Source of the DNA: a virus
Virus record (IMG/VR): IMGVR_UViG_3300045988_034846
Location: 1 to 38,199 of that record
DNA: 38,199 nucleotides
Strand: one strand, 5' to 3'
Shown: one piece after another, positions 7,553 through 15,165 of the stretch
Layout: every line of letters starts with the position of its first letter
Position numbering within the stretch: position 1 is the first letter of the stretch
Program-made: the position numbers and the translations under genes
The notes under the pieces: model-generated
What the model was told of the DNA's origin: nothing
Seen by the model: the letters and a program-made list of their open reading frames with translations, nothing else
Databases searched by the model: none

Positions 7553-8247
7553 GAGAAAGTATAGTGTTCTATCGAAGTTTCTATGAGGCTATCAAAGAAC
7601 TACCTGCAGAAGAGTTTAGAAATGCAGTCATGGCAATAATGGAGTACGGACTCAACGATAGTGAGATTGATACATCCGGTGTAGCCAAAGCAATTCTGAT
7701 AATGGCAAAGCCTCAGATTGATAAGAATAACAAGCGCTACGAGAACGGCTTGAGAGGTGGAACTAAACCAAAGCAGAACCAAAACGGAACCAAAACAGAA
7801 CCAAGCCCAAACCAAACTGTAACCAAAGTCGAACCAACCCCGAACCAAAACGGAACCAAAACAGAACCAAAACGAACCAACCCCGAACCTAATGATAATG
7901 TAAATGATAATGATAATGTAAATGACATAAAAGAGAGTGTAGAGAAAAAGCCCCGCTTTTATCCACCCACCCTCGAAGAACTAAAAAAATATATAACTGA
8001 TAACAAGTACAACGTGGATCCTGAGCGATTCATTGATTATTACACAGCCAACGGCTGGACTGTTGGCAAGAATAGAATGAACGACTGGAAAGCAGCTGTT
8101 AGAAATTGGGACAGAAGCCAGAAATCTGACGGACGGATGAGGCAGGAATCGACCGCCAAAACCAAGTTTAGCAACTTCGAGCAGAGGTCTTATGACTACG
8201 CTGCACTTGAGTCAGCATTAGGAGGTACTAATGAGCAGACAGAGTAG
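7549..8247 (+). CDS. Putative replication initiator / replisome organizer
   Basis: 232 aa. The N-terminus (VFYRSFYEAIKELPAEEFRNAVMAIMEYGLN) and the C-terminal W-rich domain (YTANGWTVGKNRMNDWKAAVRNWDRS) resemble phage replication-organizer proteins. The central 11-aa repeats are encoded by the iteron array. Confidence 0.5.
   Translation: MRESIVFYRSFYEAIKELPAEEFRNAVMAIMEYGLNDSEIDTSGVAKAILIMAKPQIDKNNKRYENGLRGGTKPKQNQNGTKTEPSPNQTVTKVEPTPNQNGTKTEPKRTNPEPNDNVNDNDNVNDIKESVEKKPRFYPPTLEELKKYITDNKYNVDPERFIDYYTANGWTVGKNRMNDWKAAVRNWDRSQKSDGRMRQESTAKTKFSNFEQRSYDYAALESALGGTNEQTE
7766..7891 (+). repeat. Iteron array: 12 copies of (G)AACCAA at an 11-bp period
   Basis: AACCAA starts at 7766, 7777, 7788, 7799, 7810, 7821, 7832, 7843, 7854, 7865 and 7875, plus the variant AACCTA at 7886. 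Spacing is 11 bp apart from one 10-bp step. Confidence 0.9.
7891..7926 (+). repeat. AT-rich 18-bp tandem duplication next to the iterons (candidate DNA-unwinding element)
   Basis: AATGATAATGTAAATGAT followed by AATGATAATGTAAATGAC. Confidence 0.7.
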
Positions 8248-8479
8248 ACAAGGGCGCATGAATGCCCACTACTGGCAGAATGAGGTACAGAAAGCTCAGC
8301 TTGGCGACAACATAGCCAACCACATGGCGTATATCTTCATGGAGATTTTGTACGACAAGTTTGACCTGAGCTTCAGACAGCTCAAGAACTTTTACGACAG
8401 AGTGATTGAGCGTCGCAAGAAGTGGCAGAACGATGATGATCAGGAGCTGACATCAACCACGATGCTTGAATACTGCTAG
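8231..8479 (+). CDS. Hypothetical protein
   Basis: 82 aa. SD is GGAGGT. Confidence 0.55.
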   Translation: MSRQSRQGRMNAHYWQNEVQKAQLGDNIANHMAYIFMEILYDKFDLSFRQLKNFYDRVIERRKKWQNDDDQELTSTTMLEYC

Positions 8480-8506
8480 AAGAGAGACATCAAGGTTGTC
8501 GATTGG

Positions 8507-8824
8507 GTGAAGAAAATCCCAATGAGCCACAAGCTATATATGGCTGACCTTGGCAAGAATAGAGCAGTACTCGGAGCTGACCGAAACATAGAGTCGGCAC
8601 TTGTGGCTACGATGTTACTTACAATACCGGTACTCAAGCAGAGCTACAAGTTCAAGAACTCAGACATTCGCGAGTTCTTGAAATGGTGTGAGTATTTCAT
8701 CGACTCATATTGGAGAAAGCAGCCGTGCTGTAAAGACCATTATCTCAATGATGAGATGATACGTCAGCTCTTCATTGAGGAGGAACACTGGGACTTACTG
8801 AAAGGATGTGCAGTGTATGAGTGA
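8507..8824 (+). CDS. Hypothetical protein
   Basis: 105 aa with a GTG start (alternative ATG at 8522). Confidence 0.5.
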   Translation: MKKIPMSHKLYMADLGKNRAVLGADRNIESALVATMLLTIPVLKQSYKFKNSDIREFLKWCEYFIDSYWRKQPCCKDHYLNDEMIRQLFIEEEHWDLLKGCAVYE

Positions 8825-8984
8825 TAGAGATTACTGGGACAGCAGCAGTACCCAACGAGCACACTTAAAGAGCGCCAGAAACAGTGCGAGAGCTGATTAC
8901 TACTCCGATCCGAAACACCGGAGCGAGAAAGCGTACAAGCAATTCAAGCATAGCGTAGATTACGGGAAAGGAATTCAAAAATGA
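8817..8984 (+). CDS. Hypothetical small protein (55 aa, below the ORF-track cutoff)
   Basis: MSDRDYWDSSSTQRAHLKSARNSARADYYSDPKHRSEKAYKQFKHSVDYGKGIQK. The ATG overlaps the upstream gene's end by 8 nt. It fills the gap better than the antisense ORF 8865-9200. Confidence 0.4.
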   Translation: MSDRDYWDSSSTQRAHLKSARNSARADYYSDPKHRSEKAYKQFKHSVDYGKGIQK

Positions 8985-9015
8985 TATGGATTTATTGAAA
9001 GTGGGGTGATTCAGA

Positions 9016-9423
9016 GTGAACTTTACAAATGGTAATGCTGATAACATAGCAGAAGCGATACACGGACTTGACATTTTCACTAAAAATTGGTGCATGGACT
9101 GCAAACAGACAGAAGTTGAAAAAGATTTAATTTTTCGTTGCAAAGGCTGCGAATTTGAAATGAGTGGCGGAAGATGTTTAGTTAAAGTTTTTGCCAGCAA
9201 TCATAAGTGCAATTACCCATTAAAAAATTTCGGAAGTATGGGTGTTATCTCAAACACAGTCAGGGACACTCTTGTTGAGAACGGAATGCCAAAAGAAATG
9301 GCAGAGGAAAGGATAATCGACATAGTCAAGAAAGGATTTATGAGCGAGGAGGAAATGGCAAAAGTAATAGAGGAAAAAATCGCAAGTAATGCAAGTATAT
9401 TAGGAGGTGCAAGTAAAAAATGA
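9016..9423 (+). CDS. Cys-rich hypothetical protein
   Basis: 135 aa with a GTG start. It contains CMDC...CKGC...C...C motifs. Confidence 0.5.
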   Translation: MNFTNGNADNIAEAIHGLDIFTKNWCMDCKQTEVEKDLIFRCKGCEFEMSGGRCLVKVFASNHKCNYPLKNFGSMGVISNTVRDTLVENGMPKEMAEERIIDIVKKGFMSEEEMAKVIEEKIASNASILGGASKK

Positions 9424-9854
9424 TTGAGGTAAAGGATAACAAAGTAAATTTAGCCGGCTCTACTTACGACCTCATGCAAGAGTTCCAGGCAATTGTGCTA
9501 TGTATGAAAAAGCTGATAGAGGAAGACAACAGAACTGGCATGGAGCCTGGCTATTTCGTCCAAGGACTTGCCTCTCTGGCACTTGGACGAGACTTCTACG
9601 CATGGATGAGTTCAGATACACCGCCGGAGAATAACAAGCATGTGCTCTTATCGTTTGAGAACTTCTCATTCCCGCTTGTGGGAAGATACGAGGAGGACAG
9701 TCACGGTGGAGCTTACTATATCGGAGACGATACAAAAACCTGTGGTTCGGATGGCATGATAGTTAATGCATGGATGAATCTGCCAACGCCATACAGAGAC
9801 GAGGCTGCAGCAGGAGCAAAAGGAAATCATAGAGTGGATCATGACTATAGATGA
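9420..9854 (+). CDS. Hypothetical protein with a DUF551-like C-terminal domain
   Basis: 144 aa. The C-terminus (WMSSDTPPENNKHVLL...VNAWMNLPTPY) resembles DUF551. Confidence 0.5.
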   Translation: MIEVKDNKVNLAGSTYDLMQEFQAIVLCMKKLIEEDNRTGMEPGYFVQGLASLALGRDFYAWMSSDTPPENNKHVLLSFENFSFPLVGRYEEDSHGGAYYIGDDTKTCGSDGMIVNAWMNLPTPYRDEAAAGAKGNHRVDHDYR

Positions 9855-10011
9855 TACATTTATCCGTCAGATCATGCTGTATCGCCATGTAAGATGCTAT
9901 ACATGGCAGGAAGTTGCTGAGAGTATAGGACGTATAACACCTGAGAGCATACGGAAACAACATGATCGGTATTTAAAGAAAAATTGTGAGAGTGAAGAGG
10001 AGGATATATAG
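9841..10011 (+). CDS. Small sigma-70 region-4-like HTH protein; paralog of the C-terminus of orf 17041-17433 (below the track cutoff)
   Basis: 56 aa: MTIDDTFIRQIMLYRHVRCYTWQEVAESIGRITPESIRKQHDRYLKKN. This aligns with IEDSYIRQIMYMRHVKMYTWHKIGSELNVSPDAARMTHDRFLKEN. Confidence 0.55.
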   Translation: MTIDDTFIRQIMLYRHVRCYTWQEVAESIGRITPESIRKQHDRYLKKNCESEEEDI

Positions 10012-10019
10012 GGTAAACA

Positions 10020-11240
10020 ATGGAATCAGTACAGCAGAGAATGAAAAGACTGGGAACTCATGAAAAAATCGTAGCATTTGTGCAGAAACAAAATCAGAAC
10101 TATGCCTTTAAACGCAGATATGCGGTCACAAGAGTAAAAGAGTTTATAAGTGAGTGCGACAAGCGTGGACTTAATAATCATGTGTCTGTGGGAGGATTAG
10201 ACAGCATTATCCTGTATTTGTTTATAAATGAGGTATGTCATGAGGATGTGCCAGGAGTATCAGCATCAACGCTCGAAGACTCGAGTATACAGAGTGTTCA
10301 CAAGGCACTTGGAATTATAAATATCCCACCGTTGATGAGAGAGGACGGCAAACGCTGGACAAAACCGAGAGTTATACAGGAGTTTGGCTTTCCTGTCATA
10401 TCAAAGGAGATAGCCGGCAAGATAGAACTGCTCCAGAATCCAACAGAGAAAAATAAAACTGTGCGACATGCGATCATCACAGGCGAGACAGGAGAGTATG
10501 GAGGATGGCAGAAAAACTCTAAGATGCAGTTGACCAACCGATGGCTGAAGCTTTTCGGAGGATATGAGAACGAAAATGAGGGATGTCAGTATCAGAAGCC
10601 AGACTTTAAGGTATCAGCAAAATGCTGCTATTACCTCAAAGAAAAGAATTGTGATGACTGGGGCAAGGAACACCATAGTGTACCATTTCTCGGACTCATG
10701 GCATCAGAGGGTGGTCGCAGAGCAAAGAGCCTTATGATGAATGGATGTAACTATTTTGGTGCATCAACTATCAGATCAGCACCGTTTGCCATATTTAACA
10801 GGCAGGATATATTAACACTTGCATTGGAGATGGACGATTTGTGGAAGAGAGGTCTTAAAGATAAATATCACAAGAGGCTGATTGAAGAGGGCAGGATTAC
10901 AGATAAGTTTGAGATGCCTGATAGCATTATACCAAGTATATACGGAGTGATAGATAAAGCTCCTGACGGCACTTTAAGAACTACCAAAGCTCAAAGGACA
11001 GGATGCAGTATGTGTGGTTTCGGAATACACATGGAAAAAAGACCGCACAGGTTTGATCTGCTATACGAGAAGAACCCAAAAGAGTGGGATTATTTGATGT
11101 TCCACATGTGTAAAGACGAGAGCGGCAATGATTACGGGTGGGCTAAAGTGCTGGACTATATTGGTGTGGGCTGGGATCCATCCACTATAGGCGGTAACTG
11201 TAAGGGACAGATGTCGTTACCGCTGGATCAGATGAGGTGA
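10020..11240 (+). CDS. PAPS-reductase-like PP-loop ATP pyrophosphatase family protein
   Basis: 406 aa. It has a PP-loop-like VSVGGLDSIILY (SGGxDS type) and a C-terminal Cys cluster (RTGCSMCGFG). This protein type is commonly found next to DNA methylases in phages. Confidence 0.65.
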   Translation: MESVQQRMKRLGTHEKIVAFVQKQNQNYAFKRRYAVTRVKEFISECDKRGLNNHVSVGGLDSIILYLFINEVCHEDVPGVSASTLEDSSIQSVHKALGIINIPPLMREDGKRWTKPRVIQEFGFPVISKEIAGKIELLQNPTEKNKTVRHAIITGETGEYGGWQKNSKMQLTNRWLKLFGGYENENEGCQYQKPDFKVSAKCCYYLKEKNCDDWGKEHHSVPFLGLMASEGGRRAKSLMMNGCNYFGASTIRSAPFAIFNRQDILTLALEMDDLWKRGLKDKYHKRLIEEGRITDKFEMPDSIIPSIYGVIDKAPDGTLRTTKAQRTGCSMCGFGIHMEKRPHRFDLLYEKNPKEWDYLMFHMCKDESGNDYGWAKVLDYIGVGWDPSTIGGNCKGQMSLPLDQMR

Positions 11241-11248
11241 GATAAAAG

Positions 11249-12847
11249 ATGATATACGGAGAATTAGTAATTGACAACTTTGCTGGTGGGGGCGGTGCTT
11301 CCACCGGAATAGAGTTAGCAACAGGATATAGCGTAGATATAGCCATTAACCATGATCCTGAAGCTATTAAGATGCATAAAGCCAATCATCCGAATACGAA
11401 ACACTATTGTGAAAACGTGTGGGCGGTGGATCCTGTAAAGGCTTGTAAGGGACATCCGGTTGGTCTTGCCTGGTTTTCCCCGGACTGCAAACATTTTAGT
11501 AAGGCAAAGGGCGGTAAGCCAAAGGATAAGAATATTCGTGGTCTTGCCTGGGTAGCCTGTCGGTGGGCTGGGCTTGTCAGACCAAGGGTGATAATGTTGG
11601 AGAACGTGGAAGAATTTAAGACATGGGGGCCGCTAAACAGAGGACATCATCCGATCAAATCAAAGCAGGGTAAAACATTTAAAAAATTTGTACAGCAGCT
11701 TAATGATTTAGGGTATGAGGTACAGTTCAAAGAACTGGTAGCTGCTGATTACGGAGCACCGACTATGCGTAAGCGATTTTTTATGATCGCACGGTGCGAT
11801 GGTAATCCGATTATCTGGCCAGAGCCAACACATGCACCGGCAGATAGTGAGGAAGTAAAAGCAGGATTACTCAAGCCTTATGTTGGAGCTTACACACAGA
11901 TTGATTTCAGCCGCCCATGTCCGAGTATTTTTGATACGTCCGAGGAAATCAAAGAGAAATATGGAATCCGGGCAGTGAGACCGTTGGCGCAGAAAACAAT
12001 GGACAGGATAGCAAGAGGATTGAAAAAATTTGTATTGGATAATCCAGAGCCATTTATCATTCAATGCAATCATGGCGGTGAACGCAGACCGAATGATATA
12101 AGAGATCCGATGCCGACTATCACCGGAAAGCATGGATATGGGATTGTAGAACCATATATGGTGCAAATCGGACAGACTGGATTTACAAAAGACCGAAGCA
12201 AAGATGTTAGAGAGCCACTTACCACGATTGTAAGTAAAAATGAACATTGCCTTATCAGCCCTACACTGATTCAGTATCATTCCGAAACAGTGCAAGGAGA
12301 AGTCCGGGGACAGACCATAAAGGATCCGATCATGACCGTGGATGGTTCGAACCGGTATGGGCTGGTTGCATCGTTCTTGAGTAAATTCTATAAGAGTGGC
12401 ACAGGACAAGATTTGAGAGAACCATTACATACCATAACTACATCACCTGGACATTTCGGAGAGGTCAGAGCTTTTTTAATAAAATATTATGGCCAAGGCG
12501 TAGGACAGGATATTGAAGAACCTCTGGATACAGTAACATCGAGGGATAGATTTGGCTTGGTAACGATAAAGGGTGTAGATTACCAGATTGTAGATATTGG
12601 ACTTCGGATGCTGGAACCAAGGGAGTTATACGGATGTCAGGGATTCCCGGACGATTACATAATTGATCACGACTATACCGGAAAAACATATCCAAGGAGT
12701 GAGCAAGTAAGACGTTGTGGGAACGCTGTTTGTCCGCCGATACCGGCTGCCTTGGTCAGAGCAAATTTGCCGGAATTGTGCGTGGCAAAGCGAACACCGA
12801 ACATGAGAATAGAATCAGAGCAGACCGGGCAACTTCGGTTTGCCTAG
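11249..12847 (+). CDS. DNA (cytosine-5)-methyltransferase with an expanded, internally repeated variable region
   Basis: 532 aa. Motif I is DNFAGGGGAS, motif IV is FSPDCKHFS, motif VI is MLENV, then QGFPDDY and motif X is CGNAVCPP. Five (D/E)P(L/M)xT(I/V)-type modules lie between motifs VIII and IX. Confidence 0.85.
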   Translation: MIYGELVIDNFAGGGGASTGIELATGYSVDIAINHDPEAIKMHKANHPNTKHYCENVWAVDPVKACKGHPVGLAWFSPDCKHFSKAKGGKPKDKNIRGLAWVACRWAGLVRPRVIMLENVEEFKTWGPLNRGHHPIKSKQGKTFKKFVQQLNDLGYEVQFKELVAADYGAPTMRKRFFMIARCDGNPIIWPEPTHAPADSEEVKAGLLKPYVGAYTQIDFSRPCPSIFDTSEEIKEKYGIRAVRPLAQKTMDRIARGLKKFVLDNPEPFIIQCNHGGERRPNDIRDPMPTITGKHGYGIVEPYMVQIGQTGFTKDRSKDVREPLTTIVSKNEHCLISPTLIQYHSETVQGEVRGQTIKDPIMTVDGSNRYGLVASFLSKFYKSGTGQDLREPLHTITTSPGHFGEVRAFLIKYYGQGVGQDIEEPLDTVTSRDRFGLVTIKGVDYQIVDIGLRMLEPRELYGCQGFPDDYIIDHDYTGKTYPRSEQVRRCGNAVCPPIPAALVRANLPELCVAKRTPNMRIESEQTGQLRFA

Positions 12848-12918
12848 GCATTTTTAAATTTTAAAACTAAGTATAAAATCCAAGCGATCATTTTAAAGAT
12901 AGTTGGGAAGGAACAGTA

Positions 12919-13452
12919 ATGGAGAGATTAACGATTAATGAGATAATTGAGCACTGCGACAGAAAAACAGAGATGTACGAAAAAACTTGTGATGTTAAGC
13001 ATCTCGAAACAACAACTATGAATAATCCTATAAAGGAGTATTGGGAGCATAAACAAGTTGCTGAATATTTAAGAAAGCTCAAAGATTACGAGGACTTAGA
13101 GGAACAAGGCAGACTTATTAAATTGCCTTGCAAGGTGGGAGATACAGTTTATGTAGATAACACAATACTCCCAATAGAAGATATGGAGTGTTATGAGGAT
13201 ATTGATAATAAGATTCCATTATATTTTCCAGCACGAGTTGTTTCATTCCGCTTTGCAAAAAGGAATTGGATGAAGATTGCAGTTAGAGAAAAATGGTTAT
13301 ATGAATGGATAGACGAGGAGACCGGACCGGATAGCAATTACATAGAGTGTGAGAAAAATTTTACGATTTCGTTGTCTAACATTGGCAAAACAGTATTCCT
13401 CACAAAATCCGAAGCAGAAGCGAAACTGAAAGAATTGAGAGGTGGAGAATGA
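12919..13452 (+). CDS. Hypothetical protein
   Basis: 177 aa. SD is GGAAGGA. It ends ...KLKELRGGE. Confidence 0.55.
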   Translation: MERLTINEIIEHCDRKTEMYEKTCDVKHLETTTMNNPIKEYWEHKQVAEYLRKLKDYEDLEEQGRLIKLPCKVGDTVYVDNTILPIEDMECYEDIDNKIPLYFPARVVSFRFAKRNWMKIAVREKWLYEWIDEETGPDSNYIECEKNFTISLSNIGKTVFLTKSEAEAKLKELRGGE

Positions 13453-13721
13453 CAATTAGTGAGTTTTTCAAAGAGAAATATTCAGCAAGAAAAGATAAAG
13501 ACAACATGTATGGCGTTGGCATGAGTGATGCCGAATTCCGGCACTTCATCATTGAGTATTTGTTACCGGACGGCTGGTGTGTCTCAGACCCACTTGGGCA
13601 GTCACAAATCAACGAAATAGCTATCAACGAAATTCTAACTAAGTATTCCAAGAAGTTTAGACAGGAGCGCAAGAAATGTTTAAAAGAATTGAGAGGTGGA
13701 AAAGATGAAGAAAGAAGTTGA
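13449..13721 (+). CDS. Hypothetical protein
   Basis: 90 aa. The ATG overlaps the upstream TGA. It contains ...LKELRGGKDEE. Confidence 0.55.
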   Translation: MTISEFFKEKYSARKDKDNMYGVGMSDAEFRHFIIEYLLPDGWCVSDPLGQSQINEIAINEILTKYSKKFRQERKKCLKELRGGKDEERS

Positions 13722-13923
13722 CGGAGTAGTAGTCGAGGCAAAAAGCATTCTAACTGCGCTGAAAATTATCAAGACAGTGTGCGAGGACAATGAATGTCCG
13801 ACTTGCCCCTTTGGGAAGAATGATAATACAACCGGGAAAACACTTTGCATGATTAAATGCATGGCACCCAATGTATGGATTATTAATGACGAGACTGATG
13901 TTGTATGGAGGGCATTACGATGA
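13705..13923 (+). CDS. Small Cys-rich hypothetical protein
   Basis: 72 aa from the ATG at 13705 behind GAGAGGTGGA (the track starts at GTG 13696). It contains CEDNECPTCPFG. Confidence 0.5.
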   Translation: MKKEVDGVVVEAKSILTALKIIKTVCEDNECPTCPFGKNDNTTGKTLCMIKCMAPNVWIINDETDVVWRALR

Positions 13924-14315
13924 ACAATGCAAAAGAAGAAAGAGTAACCGACTTGTCTATTATCATGGAAATGATAGATAGTAAACCTTATTATAGCTTA
14001 CAGTACAGAAATGTTGGTGAGATTGGCTGCCACATTGGGTACAGCTCGTACAATTTAAAAACTGTACTGGAGTTCATTGATGAATATTTTGAGATAGTAG
14101 AAAGTGACAAACAGACAAATTCCGACAGGATAAGAAAAATGTCGGATAAAGAGTTGGCAGAGTTTTTAGATATTGTCGGAGAAGATGGCATTTCCTCACA
14201 AGTATGCGACATTCCGTGTGATTGTTGCTGTGAGAAAACAGAATGTTCTAAATGTTGGGAAGATTGGCTTCAATCAGAAGCGGAACAGTCTAGAAGAAAA
14301 GAGGATGAACAATGA
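13920..14315 (+). CDS. Hypothetical Cys-rich protein
   Basis: 131 aa from the ATG at 13920, which forms an ATGA overlap and has SD GGAGGG (the track starts at 13905). It has a C-terminal CDIPCDCCCEKTECSKC. Confidence 0.5.
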   Translation: MNNAKEERVTDLSIIMEMIDSKPYYSLQYRNVGEIGCHIGYSSYNLKTVLEFIDEYFEIVESDKQTNSDRIRKMSDKELAEFLDIVGEDGISSQVCDIPCDCCCEKTECSKCWEDWLQSEAEQSRRKEDEQ

Positions 14316-14542
14316 GTGAAGAATTAAGACCATGCCCGTTCTGTGGTGGGAAAGCAAAAGTAAAAGCAGCAAAGGAAGATCATATAGGGTTTACAGTATG
14401 GTGTGCATGTAACTGTGGTGCAAGGACAGGTGGGTTTTGTCCAGATATGAGCAAAGAGGATGACACGATAGAAAATATCGAGGAGTCTAAGAAAAGAGCT
14501 ATTAAAGCATGGAACAGGAGGGCGAGCAATGGGACTGATTGA
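14312..14542 (+). CDS. lar: Lar-family restriction alleviation protein
   Basis: 76 aa. It has RPCPFCGG...C.C.CG and the family-typical KRAIKAWNRRA. Confidence 0.7.
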   Translation: MSEELRPCPFCGGKAKVKAAKEDHIGFTVWCACNCGARTGGFCPDMSKEDDTIENIEESKKRAIKAWNRRASNGTD

Positions 14543-14801
14543 TGCAGATGTTCTGATGACTGATGTTAGAAACACAATAACAGAGAAATCAAGAGCGTTT
14601 GATTGGATAAACCTGATTAATCGCCAACCAACCGCCTATGATGTAGATAAAGTTGTGGAGCAGTTGAAATCCGAGTCTGCCAGATGGCAAGACAGTGGAG
14701 ATGCGTACAACGATGAAAAGGAAAAAGGCGTTGCGATTGGATTTCGGAAGGCAATCGAGATTGTGAAAGGCGGTGGTGTAGATGCGAAGACCGATTCCTA
14801 A
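14529..14801 (+). CDS. Hypothetical protein
   Basis: 90 aa. SD is AGGAGG. Confidence 0.55.
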   Translation: MGLIDADVLMTDVRNTITEKSRAFDWINLINRQPTAYDVDKVVEQLKSESARWQDSGDAYNDEKEKGVAIGFRKAIEIVKGGGVDAKTDS

Positions 14802-15165
14802 ATCTGTTAGAAAATTGGTGTACCAAAAATACAACGGTCATTGTGCTTACTGCGGTTGTGAAATACCAGAAAAGGGTTTCAATGTAGACCATTTGCATTG
14901 CCTTAGAAATTATGAGAACACAGAGGAATTTACCGGAATAGACGTACACGATATAAGCAATCTGATGCCGTCCTGCGGTTCATGCAATCGCTACAAGGCA
15001 ACGATGGACTTGAAGACGTTTAGGCAGCAGTTACAGAAGATTCCTGACCGGCTGAAAAGAGACGTGTGTACATACAATATAGCTTTACGATATGGCATGG
15101 TGCAGGAAAATAGGGAACCTATTAAGTTCTATTTTGAGAAAGTAGAGGAAGAGCATGGCAATTAA
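14782..15165 (+). CDS. HNH endonuclease
   Basis: 127 aa with CAYCGCEI...VDHLHCL...NLMPSCGSCNRYK. Confidence 0.75.
   Translation: MRRPIPKSVRKLVYQKYNGHCAYCGCEIPEKGFNVDHLHCLRNYENTEEFTGIDVHDISNLMPSCGSCNRYKATMDLKTFRQQLQKIPDRLKRDVCTYNIALRYGMVQENREPIKFYFEKVEEEHGN

Noticed and set aside
7766-7891. CRISPR array or simple coding microsatellite as an explanation for the AACCAA periodic repeats
   Set aside because: An 11-bp period with no spacers or repeat-spacer structure rules out CRISPR. The period is not a multiple of three, so it is not a simple codon repeat. An iteron-type origin explains it better.
8865-9200. 111-aa minus-strand ORF
   Set aside because: It runs against the uniformly plus-strand early operon and overlaps two plus-strand ORFs (8817-8984 and 9016-9423) that have better start contexts.
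11867-12409. 180-aa minus-strand ORF inside the methyltransferase gene
   Set aside because: It is fully nested antisense to a gene whose catalytic motifs are in order, and it has no recognisable features.
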